This document shows, piece after piece, positions 9,990 to 21,121 of a stretch of DNA of 64,000 nucleotides. This stretch comes from a candidate division FCPU426 bacterium. GTDB lineage: Bacteria; Oederibacteriota; PGYV01; Palsa-1178. The notes under the pieces are model-generated. The model made no database searches and was not told the origin of the DNA. It saw only the letters and a program-made list of their open reading frames with translations. The position numbers and the translations under genes are program-made. Location of the stretch: contig CAWIXE010000001.1 in the NCBI GenBank assembly GCA_963840035.1, positions 32,001 through 96,000 of the forward strand, in the 5' to 3' direction. Positions within the stretch are counted from its first letter, which is position 1, and every line of letters starts with the position of its first letter.

Positions 9990-10790
9990 TTATTCCTCCC
10001 TTAATTCTATTATTTTTTTCAGGAACTGCGCCGCTTCCATGGTGTCCTTTACCGAAAAATCCGCGCCATAACCATTTTTGCTTTTACCCACAAAAACGCC
10101 TGCTCCATCGCCTTTTAAAACCTTAAAAGCGTCCCTGTCCGTCCTGTCGTCACCGATATAAATCGCGCCAAAATCCCTTATGCCGCGCATTTTCCTGAAC
10201 TTTTCAATAATTAAAAGCACTGCCATTCCCTTATTCCACCCGTTAACCGGGATTACCTCAAAACTTTTCTTTCCCTTTCTAATAAAATACAAACCGTGCT
10301 TTTTCAGCCTGTCCTTCAAAAACATCATGCGTTTTTTTAAAATTGCGCTATCCATTACTCCGGCAAGCCTGTAATGAACTGTTATTGAACCGCCTTTATC
10401 CTCGACTTTAACACCTTTTAACCCGGAGCATGCCGCCGCAGCCATGGATTTTATTTTTCCGGTTTCAGTTCTTTCTGCCTCCGATACCACGCGTCTAAAC
10501 GCAATGCCTTTACCCTCTATTTCCATACCGTGGTTGCCTGAATATAAAATACCTTTTACGCCGGCCTTTTTTTTAAGGTCATTAATGCCCCGGCCGCTTA
10601 TCAAAGAAACAATGACGCCGCGCATAGCCGCCAGCTTATTCAGGATTTTCTTTGTGTCCGCCGGCAGGATTGCCTCCCCCGGTGTTGGCGCTATCGGTGA
10701 TAACGTACCGTCAAAATCAAGGAAAATATACAGGTTTTCCCTTTTTATCATGGAAGCAAGGCTTCTCAGGTTAAGTAATGCGTTTTTCAT
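9990..10790 (-). CDS. otsB: trehalose-6-phosphate phosphatase
   Basis: LDFDGTL, GNHGME, VHYR, IGDDRTD HAD motifs. Confidence 0.9.
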   Translation of the reverse strand: MKNALLNLRSLASMIKRENLYIFLDFDGTLSPIAPTPGEAILPADTKKILNKLAAMRGVIVSLISGRGINDLKKKAGVKGILYSGNHGMEIEGKGIAFRRVVSEAERTETGKIKSMAAAACSGLKGVKVEDKGGSITVHYRLAGVMDSAILKKRMMFLKDRLKKHGLYFIRKGKKSFEVIPVNGWNKGMAVLLIIEKFRKMRGIRDFGAIYIGDDRTDRDAFKVLKGDGAGVFVGKSKNGYGADFSVKDTMEAAQFLKKIIELREE

Positions 10791-10799
10791 TCTCCCGCC

Positions 10800-13031
10800 T
10801 TATTTCTTTATTGAAGATATTTCATTTATTATGGACCCTGCCCACTTATAAATGTTATTCTCTTTCACCTGTATCCGCATGTTCTCCATCCGGCGCGCTT
10901 TTTCTTCCGGCGCCATATCAATTACTTTTTTTATGGCATCCGCGAATTCGGCCGTGGAATACGGATTAATAAGTATGGCGTCCGTCATTTCCCTTGCGGC
11001 CCCTGTAAAAGTGCTCAGGATGAGAGCGCCTGTAAGGTCCTCTTTGGCGGCGACATACTCCTTTGCCACAAGGTTCATTCCGTCGTGCAGCGAGCTGACT
11101 ATGCACATGTCAGACATCATGTAAAACGGTATGATCTCCTCTATAGAAAAATGGCGCTTCAGGTAGATAATGGGTTTCCAGTTTTCATCCCCGAACTTCC
11201 AGTTTATCCTTTCAACGGCTGCGTCAACGTCGCTGTTCAGGTCATGGTAGCTTTTTATGTGGGTTCTGCTGGGGGCTCCAATCTGGATAAAAACGAACTT
11301 TTTTACAAAATGCGGGTTTTTATCCAGGAACATCTCGACAGCGTTCATCCTCTCAACAAGCCCTTTTGTATAATCTATCCTGTCCACGCCGACAGCGATC
11401 ACCATGTCCTCAAGTTTATATTCCTTTTTTATCTTTTCCACCTGAGCGTAATATGCCGCCTTGTTTCTGGCCCCGTAATTATCCTGGTCCACGCTTATGG
11501 GAAACGCCTTAACAAATGTTTCCATGCCTCCGCGTATGACGCTGAATTTTTCTGTGTCCACCCTGCATTCGATAAGCCTGTTTACCGTATCTATAAAATT
11601 GTTGCAGTGGTACTGCACGTGGAAACCCAGCAGGTCGCAGCCGAGCATGCCTTCAAGTATTTCCCTGTAAAACGGGCATATGGCAAAAACCTCGGGGTTT
11701 GGCCATGGTATATGCCAGAACATGGCCACGGTTACATCAGGCCGCCTGTCCTTGATCATCTTTGGTAAAAGCGTGTAATGATAGTCCTGTATGAACACAA
11801 ACCCGCCTTTTGCCGGAAGTTCCTCAATTACGCTATCAGCAAATTTTTCATTTACTTTTTTATAATATTCCCAGTCAGATTCCTTAAATACCGGCCTGGT
11901 GTGCGTCATATGGCATAACGGCCATAATCCTTCGTTGGAAAAACCGTAATAATACCCTTCCTCTTCCTGCTTGCTTAGCCAAACCCTCTTTAAAATATAT
12001 CTGTGGTCTTCCGGCGGCACTCCAAGCTTGTCCTTTGAATTCACAAAATGCCTGTCCGCATTGCCGGCTCCGTGGCCTATCCATGTGCCACCGCTGGCTT
12101 TAAGTATCGGATTTAAAGCGGTTACAACTCCGCCTGCAGGTGTTATGCATGTTACATTGCCAAAATCATCCTTCATATGCATATATGGCTCGCGGTTTGA
12201 TACCAGTATAAATGCGCTGTCGCCTATCTTGGCGTGTATCATGTTCTTAAGCTTTGACTCGGTCCATATCTCCTCTTTTTGCACCCTTTTTTCAGCCGCG
12301 TCCGATACAACCCTCCTTGCAACCCTCAAACTCAACGCAACCTGTTCCACTTCGCTGATAAGCCGGCCGAATTCATCCTTTTCCCTTATCGGGTGGTTGT
12401 CGCTTATCTCCCCTTTTTGAAATTTCTTAAACCAGTCGGTAAGGTTTAATACAGGCAAAATAAATATCTGTCTTTGTAAGAGCACAAGCACCCCTACCGT
12501 CATGAAAACAAGCGCAATTAGGATTATGCTTATCCTTTTCCACATTTCCGCCATCTGATTAAATACATATGATGTGTCGTATACTACCTCTATGGCCCCA
12601 AGGACCTTGCCTTTGCTGTTTTTTACCGCCATTGCGTATCTGTAAACGGTATATTCATTGTATTTTTCAAGCCCGGATACAGGGTCCCCGCCTTTTAAAA
12701 TATCGGCCAGGTAAAGCCTGCCCGAAGTGCCCCAGCCGGACACCCTTTCTGTCGCGGCGAATATCCTTCCCCTTCTGTCATATACAACGCACCCCTGCAT
12801 GCGTTCCCTCTTCTGAAAACTCTCCACAAGCTGTCCGGCGGAGGCGGTATCACCGGCTGCAAGTATGTGGGAAGCCGCAACCACCGAACTCTCCGCCACC
12901 GCCTTTGCTTTTCTGGCAAGGTCATCCATGAGTTTTTCTTCCTCGAAATTGGCCTGGAATATGCCGAATATGGTAAACCCGGCTACTACAAGGATGGGTA
13001 TCGGGAGCAGCAATAAAAGGAATCTTTTCAC
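10800..13031 (-). CDS. otsA: trehalose-6-phosphate synthase with N-terminal TM-extracytoplasmic-TM-HAMP module
   Basis: VSNREPY, WPLCH, FWHIPWP, DRIDYTKG, DGMNLVAKEY; two TM helices and HAMP-like DEFGRL in the N-terminal third. Confidence 0.9.
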   Translation of the reverse strand: MKRFLLLLLPIPILVVAGFTIFGIFQANFEEEKLMDDLARKAKAVAESSVVAASHILAAGDTASAGQLVESFQKRERMQGCVVYDRRGRIFAATERVSGWGTSGRLYLADILKGGDPVSGLEKYNEYTVYRYAMAVKNSKGKVLGAIEVVYDTSYVFNQMAEMWKRISIILIALVFMTVGVLVLLQRQIFILPVLNLTDWFKKFQKGEISDNHPIREKDEFGRLISEVEQVALSLRVARRVVSDAAEKRVQKEEIWTESKLKNMIHAKIGDSAFILVSNREPYMHMKDDFGNVTCITPAGGVVTALNPILKASGGTWIGHGAGNADRHFVNSKDKLGVPPEDHRYILKRVWLSKQEEEGYYYGFSNEGLWPLCHMTHTRPVFKESDWEYYKKVNEKFADSVIEELPAKGGFVFIQDYHYTLLPKMIKDRRPDVTVAMFWHIPWPNPEVFAICPFYREILEGMLGCDLLGFHVQYHCNNFIDTVNRLIECRVDTEKFSVIRGGMETFVKAFPISVDQDNYGARNKAAYYAQVEKIKKEYKLEDMVIAVGVDRIDYTKGLVERMNAVEMFLDKNPHFVKKFVFIQIGAPSRTHIKSYHDLNSDVDAAVERINWKFGDENWKPIIYLKRHFSIEEIIPFYMMSDMCIVSSLHDGMNLVAKEYVAAKEDLTGALILSTFTGAAREMTDAILINPYSTAEFADAIKKVIDMAPEEKARRMENMRIQVKENNIYKWAGSIINEISSIKK

Positions 13032-13064
13032 AAACGCCTCCGGAAAAATTTTTCTCGGCCGGAT

Positions 13065-13165
13065 AAATAAAAATGGCCGGTATCCATGGATATATGCATA
13101 CCCACAGACAGCGGCCCGACTGTCATTATTTTAACCTCCGGATGGTCTCCGGACCCTGTATTTCT
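13065..13165 (-). ncRNA. candidate Na+-I (DUF1646 motif) riboswitch with overlapping intrinsic terminator
   Basis: Minus strand CAGGG-TCCGGA-GACCA-TCCGGA-GGTT-AAAATAAT-GACAGTCGGGCCGCTGTC; alternative long stem ending CCGGCC followed by ATTTTTATTT. Confidence 0.65.
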
Positions 13166-13211
13166 TTACATGGTTATTATAATACCTAAAAGGTAATATT
13201 TCAAGTTTAAC

Positions 13212-13472
13212 TTATGGTTTTCTATTTTCATCCTGCCGTCCGGGCGCATCGTTATTTTTCGCACTGGCAGCGGAAGGCTTTTTTTTCATCTTACGTACCC
13301 AGAATGCGGCCGCGGCGGAAAATGCCCCCGCTACAAAAAATATTATGATGATTATGGACAAAGAAGCCTCGAACTTCCACAAGAGGAACGATACGGCCAC
13401 TACGCCGGCGTTCTGGACTGCAAAAACAAGCAAAAACGCAAAAACCATGAGCAAAAGCAAAAAACCAAACAT
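13212..13472 (-). CDS. LapA/DUF1049 family membrane protein
   Basis: FAVQNAGVVAVSFLLWKFEASL motif. Confidence 0.8.
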   Translation of the reverse strand: MFGFLLLLMVFAFLLVFAVQNAGVVAVSFLLWKFEASLSIIIIIFFVAGAFSAAAAFWVRKMKKKPSAASAKNNDAPGRQDENRKP

Positions 13473-16012
13473 TAACCCACCTCCTCAGATCCGCCCGTTT
13501 CTATTTTCTCCCGACCCTTTGTTTCCCCGGCGTTTTTGACCGGGTCAAATATCCGGTATGCCAGCAGTTTCAGACGGTCATTAAAAAGGAACCACACCAG
13601 CGCGTAACCCCACACAAATAGCGCCCATCCCCATCCCAGCGGCGCCATGAAAAGCCCGTAAACAGCCATAAGGGTTGCGATCACCTGCGTGCCGATAACC
13701 GCAGCCAGAAGTATCTTCGCCGGCTTTATGGACCACAGCGGCCCGCGCGTGCGCGTAAGGAATATGGTCAGGTGGCCGGCCACGGATAACTTAAGGTACA
13801 TGAGCGTCTGGATGTGCGCCCTGTCCATATGGAACACGCGCTCGCCCAGATAAAATAACAGGAACGCGGATACCACGCCTATGACTCCCAGCACCGATGA
13901 AATGCCCAGCACCATGCGCATGTTCCATGACTCGGGGTTTTCCTTATACCGGACATTATCATAGGCTATGGAAAGTATTGCGCCGTCATTGAGAAGCGCA
14001 AGTATCACTATCATGACGGCCGTAAGCGGGTAAAAATTAAATACAAGTATGGAAAGGGTCATGAATAACAGCACGCGGATGGTTTCAGCTATCCTGTAAA
14101 TGGCGTAGCTGTTCATCCTCTGGAATATCCGCCTGCTCTCCTTTATGGCGTCAATTATAACGGACAGCCCGGGTTTCATGAGCACTATGGAAGCGGCCGC
14201 GCGCGCCGCGTCCGTGGACCCTGATACGGCAATGCCGCAATCGGCCTTTTTCAGCGCGGGCGCGTCATTAACCCCGTCGCCTGTCATTCCCACCATGTGC
14301 CCGAGTTTTTGCAGCACGTCCACGATATGGAATTTATGTTCGGGGAAGACCTGGGCAAACCCGTCCGCTTTATCTATGGCTTCGGCGGCCGCCGCGCCTT
14401 CAGAGCGCTTTGAATCCCCAAGACCGGCCGCGTCAAGGATATTAGAGCCCAGCCCGAGCGTCTTTGACGTTTCTTTTGCTATGGCAAGCTGGTCGCCCGT
14501 CACCATCTTTACCTTAATCCCCATTTTTCCGGCTGTTGCTATCGTGGCTTTTGCGTCATCACGCGGCGGGTCGAACATCGGGATGACCCCGAGGAACTTC
14601 CACTGACCCCCGTTTTCGGCCCGTGCCACTCCGAGCGAGCGGAATCCCCTTACGGCGAATTCATTGACAGCTTTTTCTGCCGCGGCTTTTACCTGTTCCC
14701 TGTTCGCGGATAATTCCAGTATAACCTGCGGCGCGCCTTTTGAAGTCTTAAACAGCCTGCCGTCCGGCGCCTTTACTTCGGCTTCCGTGCGTTTATGCAC
14801 CGGGTCAAATGGAATGAAGCGCATGACCTGATAACCTTTTATCGCTTCAGCGTCTTTCAGGCCGCCCAGGACCGCCAGGTCTATGGTGTCGTTATTTTCC
14901 GCGCGCGAAGCCAGCGCGGCGCTGAGTATTATTGACGCCTCATCTGCTTTATCAGGGCAGAACGGCTCCCCAAGCGTCAGCTTATTCTGCGTCATGGTGC
15001 CGGTCTTATCCGTGCACAGCACATCCACCCCCGCCAGTTCCTCTATGGCAACGAGCCTGCTGACTATGGCATTTTTCTTCGCGAGCAATTTCGCGCCGAC
15101 GGCCATTGTCACGGAAAGCACCGTCGGCATGGCCACGGGTATGGCCGCAATGGTAAGCACAAGCGCAAATTGCAGCGTGGACAGGATTTTATCGCCGCGT
15201 AAGACAGCGACAATTATGATGGCAGCCACAAGTATGCCGGCCACTATAATAAGGTAGTTGCCTATCCTTAAGACCGCGCGCTGGAAGTGGCTTACGGTGC
15301 GCGCTTCCTGCACAAGCTGGGCTGTCTTCCCGAAGTAAGTATTTGCGCCTGTGGCGTAAACCATGGCTTCAGTTTCTCCCTGCCGGATTATGGACCCTGA
15401 AAAAACAGCCTCTCCCTGTTTTTTTTCCACAGGAAGCGATTCCCCCGTGAGCGCTGACTGGTCCGCTTCCATCGGGTCGGCGCCCAATAGCCTGGCGTCA
15501 GCCGGAACTATATCGCCTATCCGGAGCCGTATGACGTCGCCCGGAACAAGTTCGCGCGCGTCAGGATTGATCCATGCGCCGCCGCGCTTCACCCTTGCCT
15601 TTACCGCAAGCTGCGCTTTTAATGCGGCGATCGCGTTCCCGGCCTGGTTTTCCTCCCAGAACCCCACAAACGCGTTCGCAAGCAGTAGGACAAAAATAAT
15701 ATAAAAATCCGGCCAGTGCCCGACCGCGGCCGACAGGATCACGGCTATCTCTATCATCCACGGGATTGGCCCCCAAAAATATGTGAGGAACTTTAAAAAA
15801 GCATTGACCTTCTTTTCCTCCAATTCATTGGGCCCGTACTGTTCCAGCCTTTTTTTAGCCTCTTCAGCGCTCAGCCCTCCCGGCGTCGATCCCAGCTTTG
15901 CCTGCAGTTCGGGCATGGGCATGGATTTTAAGACATCCTTTGCGCCCGTGTTGGTTTGCTGCTCAGGTCCGGGTTTTGCTCCGGGTTTATCTTCTTTTTC
16001 GTTCTTTTTCAT
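13472..16012 (-). CDS. type IIIA plasma-membrane proton-efflux P-type ATPase
   Basis: TGES, IPVAMPTV, DKTGT, GDGVNDAPALKKA, ALLNDG motifs. Confidence 0.9.
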   Translation of the reverse strand: MKKNEKEDKPGAKPGPEQQTNTGAKDVLKSMPMPELQAKLGSTPGGLSAEEAKKRLEQYGPNELEEKKVNAFLKFLTYFWGPIPWMIEIAVILSAAVGHWPDFYIIFVLLLANAFVGFWEENQAGNAIAALKAQLAVKARVKRGGAWINPDARELVPGDVIRLRIGDIVPADARLLGADPMEADQSALTGESLPVEKKQGEAVFSGSIIRQGETEAMVYATGANTYFGKTAQLVQEARTVSHFQRAVLRIGNYLIIVAGILVAAIIIVAVLRGDKILSTLQFALVLTIAAIPVAMPTVLSVTMAVGAKLLAKKNAIVSRLVAIEELAGVDVLCTDKTGTMTQNKLTLGEPFCPDKADEASIILSAALASRAENNDTIDLAVLGGLKDAEAIKGYQVMRFIPFDPVHKRTEAEVKAPDGRLFKTSKGAPQVILELSANREQVKAAAEKAVNEFAVRGFRSLGVARAENGGQWKFLGVIPMFDPPRDDAKATIATAGKMGIKVKMVTGDQLAIAKETSKTLGLGSNILDAAGLGDSKRSEGAAAAEAIDKADGFAQVFPEHKFHIVDVLQKLGHMVGMTGDGVNDAPALKKADCGIAVSGSTDAARAAASIVLMKPGLSVIIDAIKESRRIFQRMNSYAIYRIAETIRVLLFMTLSILVFNFYPLTAVMIVILALLNDGAILSIAYDNVRYKENPESWNMRMVLGISSVLGVIGVVSAFLLFYLGERVFHMDRAHIQTLMYLKLSVAGHLTIFLTRTRGPLWSIKPAKILLAAVIGTQVIATLMAVYGLFMAPLGWGWALFVWGYALVWFLFNDRLKLLAYRIFDPVKNAGETKGREKIETGGSEEVG

Positions 16013-16230
16013 GGTAAAACCCCTCCAATTTAGCTCATTATACCCCTGTCGCGTTATTTTTTCTTTTTAGACTTTATTATTACGATTAGGGCCGCTCCGA
16101 AGATGGTCATATACATATTCCACTGCACACCCATCCGTCGATCCACAAAGCCGGATTACCCAAACGGGTTTCAGTGTCATTCCCTCAAGCACCGCCCTTT
16201 GCAGATTGTATCAGTTTTTGAAACAATGAA

Positions 16231-17475
16231 TTATTTCACGCCTCTTTTTAGTGCTTCAACAATGTTTGTTTTAGCAGCCCTGTTTGACGGGAATATGGCT
16301 CCTATGGCCCCGGTAATCAGGCAGATCAACACGACCAGAATCCAGTCGGTATAAGTGTTCTTTCCCCGGAGAACCGATTCCATGGGTATATTCATTTTTT
16401 CCGTTGTGGACGAGTCAAAATGTATCCCGTGTGTATTTAGAAAGAATGCAAGCGGTACGGCCGCGATGCCGCCGATGACAGCTCCGGCAAAGGCAAGGAT
16501 CAGCCCTTCGGAAAAAAACATCCACTTTATCTGTCCGGATTCCATTCCTATCGCGCGCAGGGTGCCGATCTCAGCCATACGTTCAAAAACAGTTATTGTC
16601 AGGGTGTTCATGATTATAAACACGGCGAGGAACAGCAGTATCCCGAAAATGACAGCGTAAGACGTGTAATCAGCCTGGGCTCCGGCGATCAAACCTGCCG
16701 CCTCCTGGGTCCAGTCCCTTACAACAAGGTCCGGATATTTTGCCGAAAGCACGGCCTCGATGCTTTTTTTCACTTCCGGTACAAACTGCCTGTCTTTTAT
16801 ACGCACAATTATTTCCGTAGCCGAGTCCCCCATGTCCAGAAAATCCTGGGCAAATTTAACGGGGATAAAGACAACGCTTTTTTCCATGGAATCAAAGCCT
16901 ATGTAATATATTCCCGTAAGTGAAACGTCAACTAGGTTATTTGCCTTGTATTTGGTCTGCGAGTATAGCAACAAGTCTGCGCCGGTTTTAAGTTCCATCA
17001 TGGATGCCAATTTTTTTCCCATAAGCAGCTGGCCGCCGGAATTTTCCATTTTTTTTCCTTCTATCCTGTTAAAATCCGTGGTTATTTTAAGCTCCCTTTC
17101 CATGTCAATCCCCATCATGATCACATCGATTTTATTTTTTCTATCGCTTAAAACCGCGTTTTTAACCAGCCGGGGCGAAGCTTCTATAAAATAGGGGATA
17201 CTTTTCAAGTCATCTATTACCCTGTACGGGCTGTCTATGGACAAATTCAGCGGGAATTTGGATTTTTCCTTTATATAGTCCCTATGGTATATTTTAAAAT
17301 GGCCGGTTTGAAGGTCTATTGTTTTTTCATACATGTTGTTGTACATGCCTTTTAGCAATCCGAGGAGCATTATCAAAGCTATGGCATTTATGGAAAACGT
17401 CATGGCGTTAAACAATGAACGCCTCTTGTGTTTTAAAATGCTGTTCAGGGCTATTTTAAATATCATATAATTCAT
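16231..17475 (-). CDS. FtsX/LolE-like ABC transporter permease
   Basis: ERMAEIGTLRAIG; large periplasmic domain plus TM helices. Confidence 0.85.
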   Translation of the reverse strand: MNYMIFKIALNSILKHKRRSLFNAMTFSINAIALIMLLGLLKGMYNNMYEKTIDLQTGHFKIYHRDYIKEKSKFPLNLSIDSPYRVIDDLKSIPYFIEASPRLVKNAVLSDRKNKIDVIMMGIDMERELKITTDFNRIEGKKMENSGGQLLMGKKLASMMELKTGADLLLYSQTKYKANNLVDVSLTGIYYIGFDSMEKSVVFIPVKFAQDFLDMGDSATEIIVRIKDRQFVPEVKKSIEAVLSAKYPDLVVRDWTQEAAGLIAGAQADYTSYAVIFGILLFLAVFIIMNTLTITVFERMAEIGTLRAIGMESGQIKWMFFSEGLILAFAGAVIGGIAAVPLAFFLNTHGIHFDSSTTEKMNIPMESVLRGKNTYTDWILVVLICLITGAIGAIFPSNRAAKTNIVEALKRGVK

Positions 17476-18704
17476 TGTACTGACCTCAGAATGTCCACGG
17501 GCCGTTTGGTTACAGCGATTGACGCAGGGTAAAAGGAAGCCAGGATTGAGATCAATACTCCGGCAATGGCTGTGATCGCCGTGCTTTCCGGAAGTATCGC
17601 CGTGCCTATCATGACATCCATCCCCTCAAAGCCCTTAAAAACATCCCCCATACTTTCATAACTGATGGGATGCAGCATAAAATACCAATTCAGCAAAAGT
17701 CCGGGTATCATCCCCAGGGCCGTGCCTATGATTCCAAGCAGGGCGGATTCAGCGACAATCATCATGAATAACTGCCGGCCGCTCACTCCCATGGCCCTTA
17801 AAACCCCAAACTCCGGGTACCTGCCCATTATGTTCATCAAAAATGAATTTATAATGCCAATGGCCGCAACCGTCATTATGATAAGCGCAATAAAAAGAAG
17901 CGCAACATTCATCAGTCCCAGCATGCCTTCAAGGTATGCCTGCCCTTTCTGCCACGGTATAACGGCATAACCGGAAGTGTAAATTTTTTTTATCTCAGTC
18001 AAAACCGTTTCAATTTTAAATGGGTCCGCAGTATTTACCGCAATATCTGTTACGGCGTTGCCGAGTTCCAGCGCTTTTTGCGCTAAGGCAAGTGAACAGA
18101 TGACAAGATTTTCATCTTCCTCGGGGTTTTTTGTGTGCATAAGCCCGACTATTCTGCCCTCTGCGGCATTGACGCCGCCGTACTTGTCCACGGTAAGGAT
18201 TATTATTTTATCGCCGGTACCCGCGCCAAGAAGCTGCGCGGCCTTGTATCCGATCACTATTTCATCGTCTTTTTCAATAAATCTGCCGTTCTTGACGGAT
18301 TTTATCCTCTTTTCATAGTTTACGCTTTTTTCGGTCAGGTCAATTCCCTTTACCAGAGCCTCATGATTGTCATAAATGCTGTTGGCGATCGCCCCGAAGT
18401 TTATTTCCGGCCTTACGCTCGTGACCCCTTCAATATTCTCAAGAGTCCTGAGTTTGTCCTGATCATATGGGATGGTATAATCCACCGGCGCAAAATCAAG
18501 GCTCTTGTAATATTTCTGGTTGTATATCTTTATATGCCCGGATTGTTGCAGCGCGTCTTTTATAAGCTTTACCTTAAATCCATCCATATACCCAGCCCCA
18601 AATTCCATAAAAAATACGCACACAATGACTACGGTCAATATTGTAATCGTGTTTTGCCTGTTCTTTATCAAATTGCCCCACGCAAGCTTTAAAAAGAAAA
18701 ACAT
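17472..18704 (-). CDS. FtsX/LolE-like ABC transporter permease
   Basis: RYPEFGVLRAMG; same architecture as its neighbour. Confidence 0.85.
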   Translation of the reverse strand: MFFFLKLAWGNLIKNRQNTITILTVVIVCVFFMEFGAGYMDGFKVKLIKDALQQSGHIKIYNQKYYKSLDFAPVDYTIPYDQDKLRTLENIEGVTSVRPEINFGAIANSIYDNHEALVKGIDLTEKSVNYEKRIKSVKNGRFIEKDDEIVIGYKAAQLLGAGTGDKIIILTVDKYGGVNAAEGRIVGLMHTKNPEEDENLVICSLALAQKALELGNAVTDIAVNTADPFKIETVLTEIKKIYTSGYAVIPWQKGQAYLEGMLGLMNVALLFIALIIMTVAAIGIINSFLMNIMGRYPEFGVLRAMGVSGRQLFMMIVAESALLGIIGTALGMIPGLLLNWYFMLHPISYESMGDVFKGFEGMDVMIGTAILPESTAITAIAGVLISILASFYPASIAVTKRPVDILRSVQ

Positions 18705-18738
18705 TTGCCCTCCCTGACGGATTTAAATTTCTGATGTT

Positions 18739-21096
18739 TTACCATTTCCAATTCCGCACCTCGGGCATGTCCTGGCCGTGTTTGTCGACGTATTGTTTGT
18801 GTTCGGCCAGCTTGTCCTCCATCAGCCGCCTTAAACGGACCCCTTCTTCGCCCAGCTGTGGCAGCCATTTGACCGCGTCCAGTACCAGGTGGAACCGGTC
18901 CAGGCCGTTTAAAACCGTCATGTCAAAGTATGTGGTGATGGTGCCTTCTTCCTTATATCCGTGAACATGCATGTTGTTATGGTTGTTACGGCGGTAAGTC
19001 AGTCTATGTACCAGCGAAGGATATCCGTGGAACGCAAAGATAACAGGCTTGTCTTTGGTAAATAACGCGTCAAACTCCTGCTCATTTAACCCGTGCGGAT
19101 GCTGCGTGTTTGATTCGAGTTTCATCAGGTCAACAATATTCACTACGCGGATCTTTAATTCCGGCAGATTTTTGCGCAGTATGGAAACAGCTGCCAGATT
19201 TTCCAGCGTGGGCACGTCGCCGCAGCTGGCCATAACCACATCAGGCTCCCCGCCATGATCGTTGCTTGCCCATGGCCATACGCCGATCCCCTTGGTGCAG
19301 TGTTCTATCGCGGTATCCATGTCCAGCCATTGCGGCGCCTGGTATTTACCCGCTATCACGACATTGACGTAATTCCTGCTGCGCAGGCAATGATCCCCTA
19401 CCGAAAGCAGGCAGTTGGCGTCCGGCGGAAGGTACACGCGCACTACTGACGCCTTTTTGTTTACAACATGGTCGATAAAACCAGGGTCCTGGTGGGTAAA
19501 GCCATTATGCGCCTGCTGCCATACGTGTGATGCGAGCAGATAATTTAATGACGCTATCTTTTTCCGCCACGGCAGTTCCGAAGTAACCTTCAGCCACTTG
19601 GCATGCTGGTTAAACATTGAATCAATAATATGTATAAATGCCTCATAGCAATTGAACAGCCCGTGCCGGCCGGTTAGCAGATAACCTTCCAGCCAGCCCT
19701 CACACTGATGCTCGCTGAGCATTTCCATGACACGCCCCTCCGGCGCCTGGAACTCATCATCCGCCTGTATACGGCCTTCCCACTGCCTGTTGGTGACTTC
19801 AAAAACAGCGTTGAGCCGGTTTGATAGCGTCTCGTCAGGGCCAAAAACCCTGAAACTGCGCTCTTCCTGATTTTGCGAAGCCACATCACGCAGGAATTCC
19901 CCCAGCACATGCGCGTCCGAGGCCTCAACAGCTCCCGGCGAAGGCGCATCCACCGCGTATTTCCTGAAGTCAGGCATGTTCAAATCCTTCAGCAATAAAC
20001 CGCCGTTGGCATGTGGATTGGCCCCCATGCGCCGGTTGCCGGCGGGCGCCAGTTCGGCCAGTTCGGGTTTAAGCCGCCCCTCATTATCAAACAGCTCCCA
20101 CGGTTTATAACTTTTCATCCAGTCTTCAAGCAGTTTGAGATGTCCCGGGTGCTCTTCATCCACCAGCAAAGGTATCTGATGCGCCCTGAAAGTGCCTTCT
20201 ATCTGGAGGCCGTCAACTATTTTCGGCCCGGTCCAGCCTTTGGGCGATTTCAGGACAATCATGGGCCAGCGCGGCCGGGCGGCGTTTTTATTATTCCGCG
20301 CGTCCGCCTGGATTTTTCTTATATCTTCTATGGCCTTATCAAGCGTAGCAGCCATTAGCTGATGCATTTCTTCAGGTTTATCGCCTTCGACGAAGTAGGG
20401 CGTCCAGCCATATCCTCTGAGAAGCTGGTCCAATTCCTCAGGCTCGATGCGCGCGAGCACAGTCGGGTTGGCAATCTTATAACCGTTCAGATGCAGGATA
20501 GGCAGCACCGCCCCGTCGGTAATCGGGTCAAGGAACTTATTGGAATGCCAGGCTGTCGCCAGAGGGCCGGTTTCGGCCTCTCCGTCGCCGACCACACAGG
20601 CAACTATAAGCCCGGGATTGTCAAAAGCCGCGCCAAAGGCGTGGCTGAGCGAATACCCCAGCTCGCCGCCTTCATGTATCGACCCCGGCGTCGTCGGCGC
20701 GACATGGCTGGAAATACCGCCCGGAAAGGAAAACTGCTTGAACAGCTTTCTAAGGCCTTCTTCGTCCCGGGTTACATCGGGATAAACTTCGCTCCAGGTC
20801 CCTTCGAGGTAAACATTGCCGACTATAGCCGGGCCGCCGTGCCCCGGGCCCGATATATAGAACATATCCAGGCCATACTTTTTTATGACCCTGTTTAAAT
20901 GCGCGTAAATAAAGTTCTGCCCCGGCGTGGTCCCCCAGTGGCCGAGCAGCATTGATTTTACATGCGAAAGTTTCAGGGGTTCCTTTAAAAGCGGATTGTC
21001 CCGGAGATAAAGCTGTCCCACTGAAATATAATTCGCGGCCCGCCAGTAGGCGTTTATTTTTTGAAGCAGACCGGGCTCCAGAGTTTTTGCATCCAT
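18739..21096 (-). CDS. xfp: phosphoketolase (Xu5P/F6P)
   Basis: [39 protein letters not shown]. Confidence 0.95.
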   Translation of the reverse strand: MDAKTLEPGLLQKINAYWRAANYISVGQLYLRDNPLLKEPLKLSHVKSMLLGHWGTTPGQNFIYAHLNRVIKKYGLDMFYISGPGHGGPAIVGNVYLEGTWSEVYPDVTRDEEGLRKLFKQFSFPGGISSHVAPTTPGSIHEGGELGYSLSHAFGAAFDNPGLIVACVVGDGEAETGPLATAWHSNKFLDPITDGAVLPILHLNGYKIANPTVLARIEPEELDQLLRGYGWTPYFVEGDKPEEMHQLMAATLDKAIEDIRKIQADARNNKNAARPRWPMIVLKSPKGWTGPKIVDGLQIEGTFRAHQIPLLVDEEHPGHLKLLEDWMKSYKPWELFDNEGRLKPELAELAPAGNRRMGANPHANGGLLLKDLNMPDFRKYAVDAPSPGAVEASDAHVLGEFLRDVASQNQEERSFRVFGPDETLSNRLNAVFEVTNRQWEGRIQADDEFQAPEGRVMEMLSEHQCEGWLEGYLLTGRHGLFNCYEAFIHIIDSMFNQHAKWLKVTSELPWRKKIASLNYLLASHVWQQAHNGFTHQDPGFIDHVVNKKASVVRVYLPPDANCLLSVGDHCLRSRNYVNVVIAGKYQAPQWLDMDTAIEHCTKGIGVWPWASNDHGGEPDVVMASCGDVPTLENLAAVSILRKNLPELKIRVVNIVDLMKLESNTQHPHGLNEQEFDALFTKDKPVIFAFHGYPSLVHRLTYRRNNHNNMHVHGYKEEGTITTYFDMTVLNGLDRFHLVLDAVKWLPQLGEEGVRLRRLMEDKLAEHKQYVDKHGQDMPEVRNWKW

Positions 21097-21121
21097 GTTT
21101 AACTTCTCCTTTAACGTTTTT

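Noticed and set aside
16020..16230. Riboswitch or small gene upstream of the H+-ATPase
   Set aside because: No recognisable aptamer, terminator or convincing ORF
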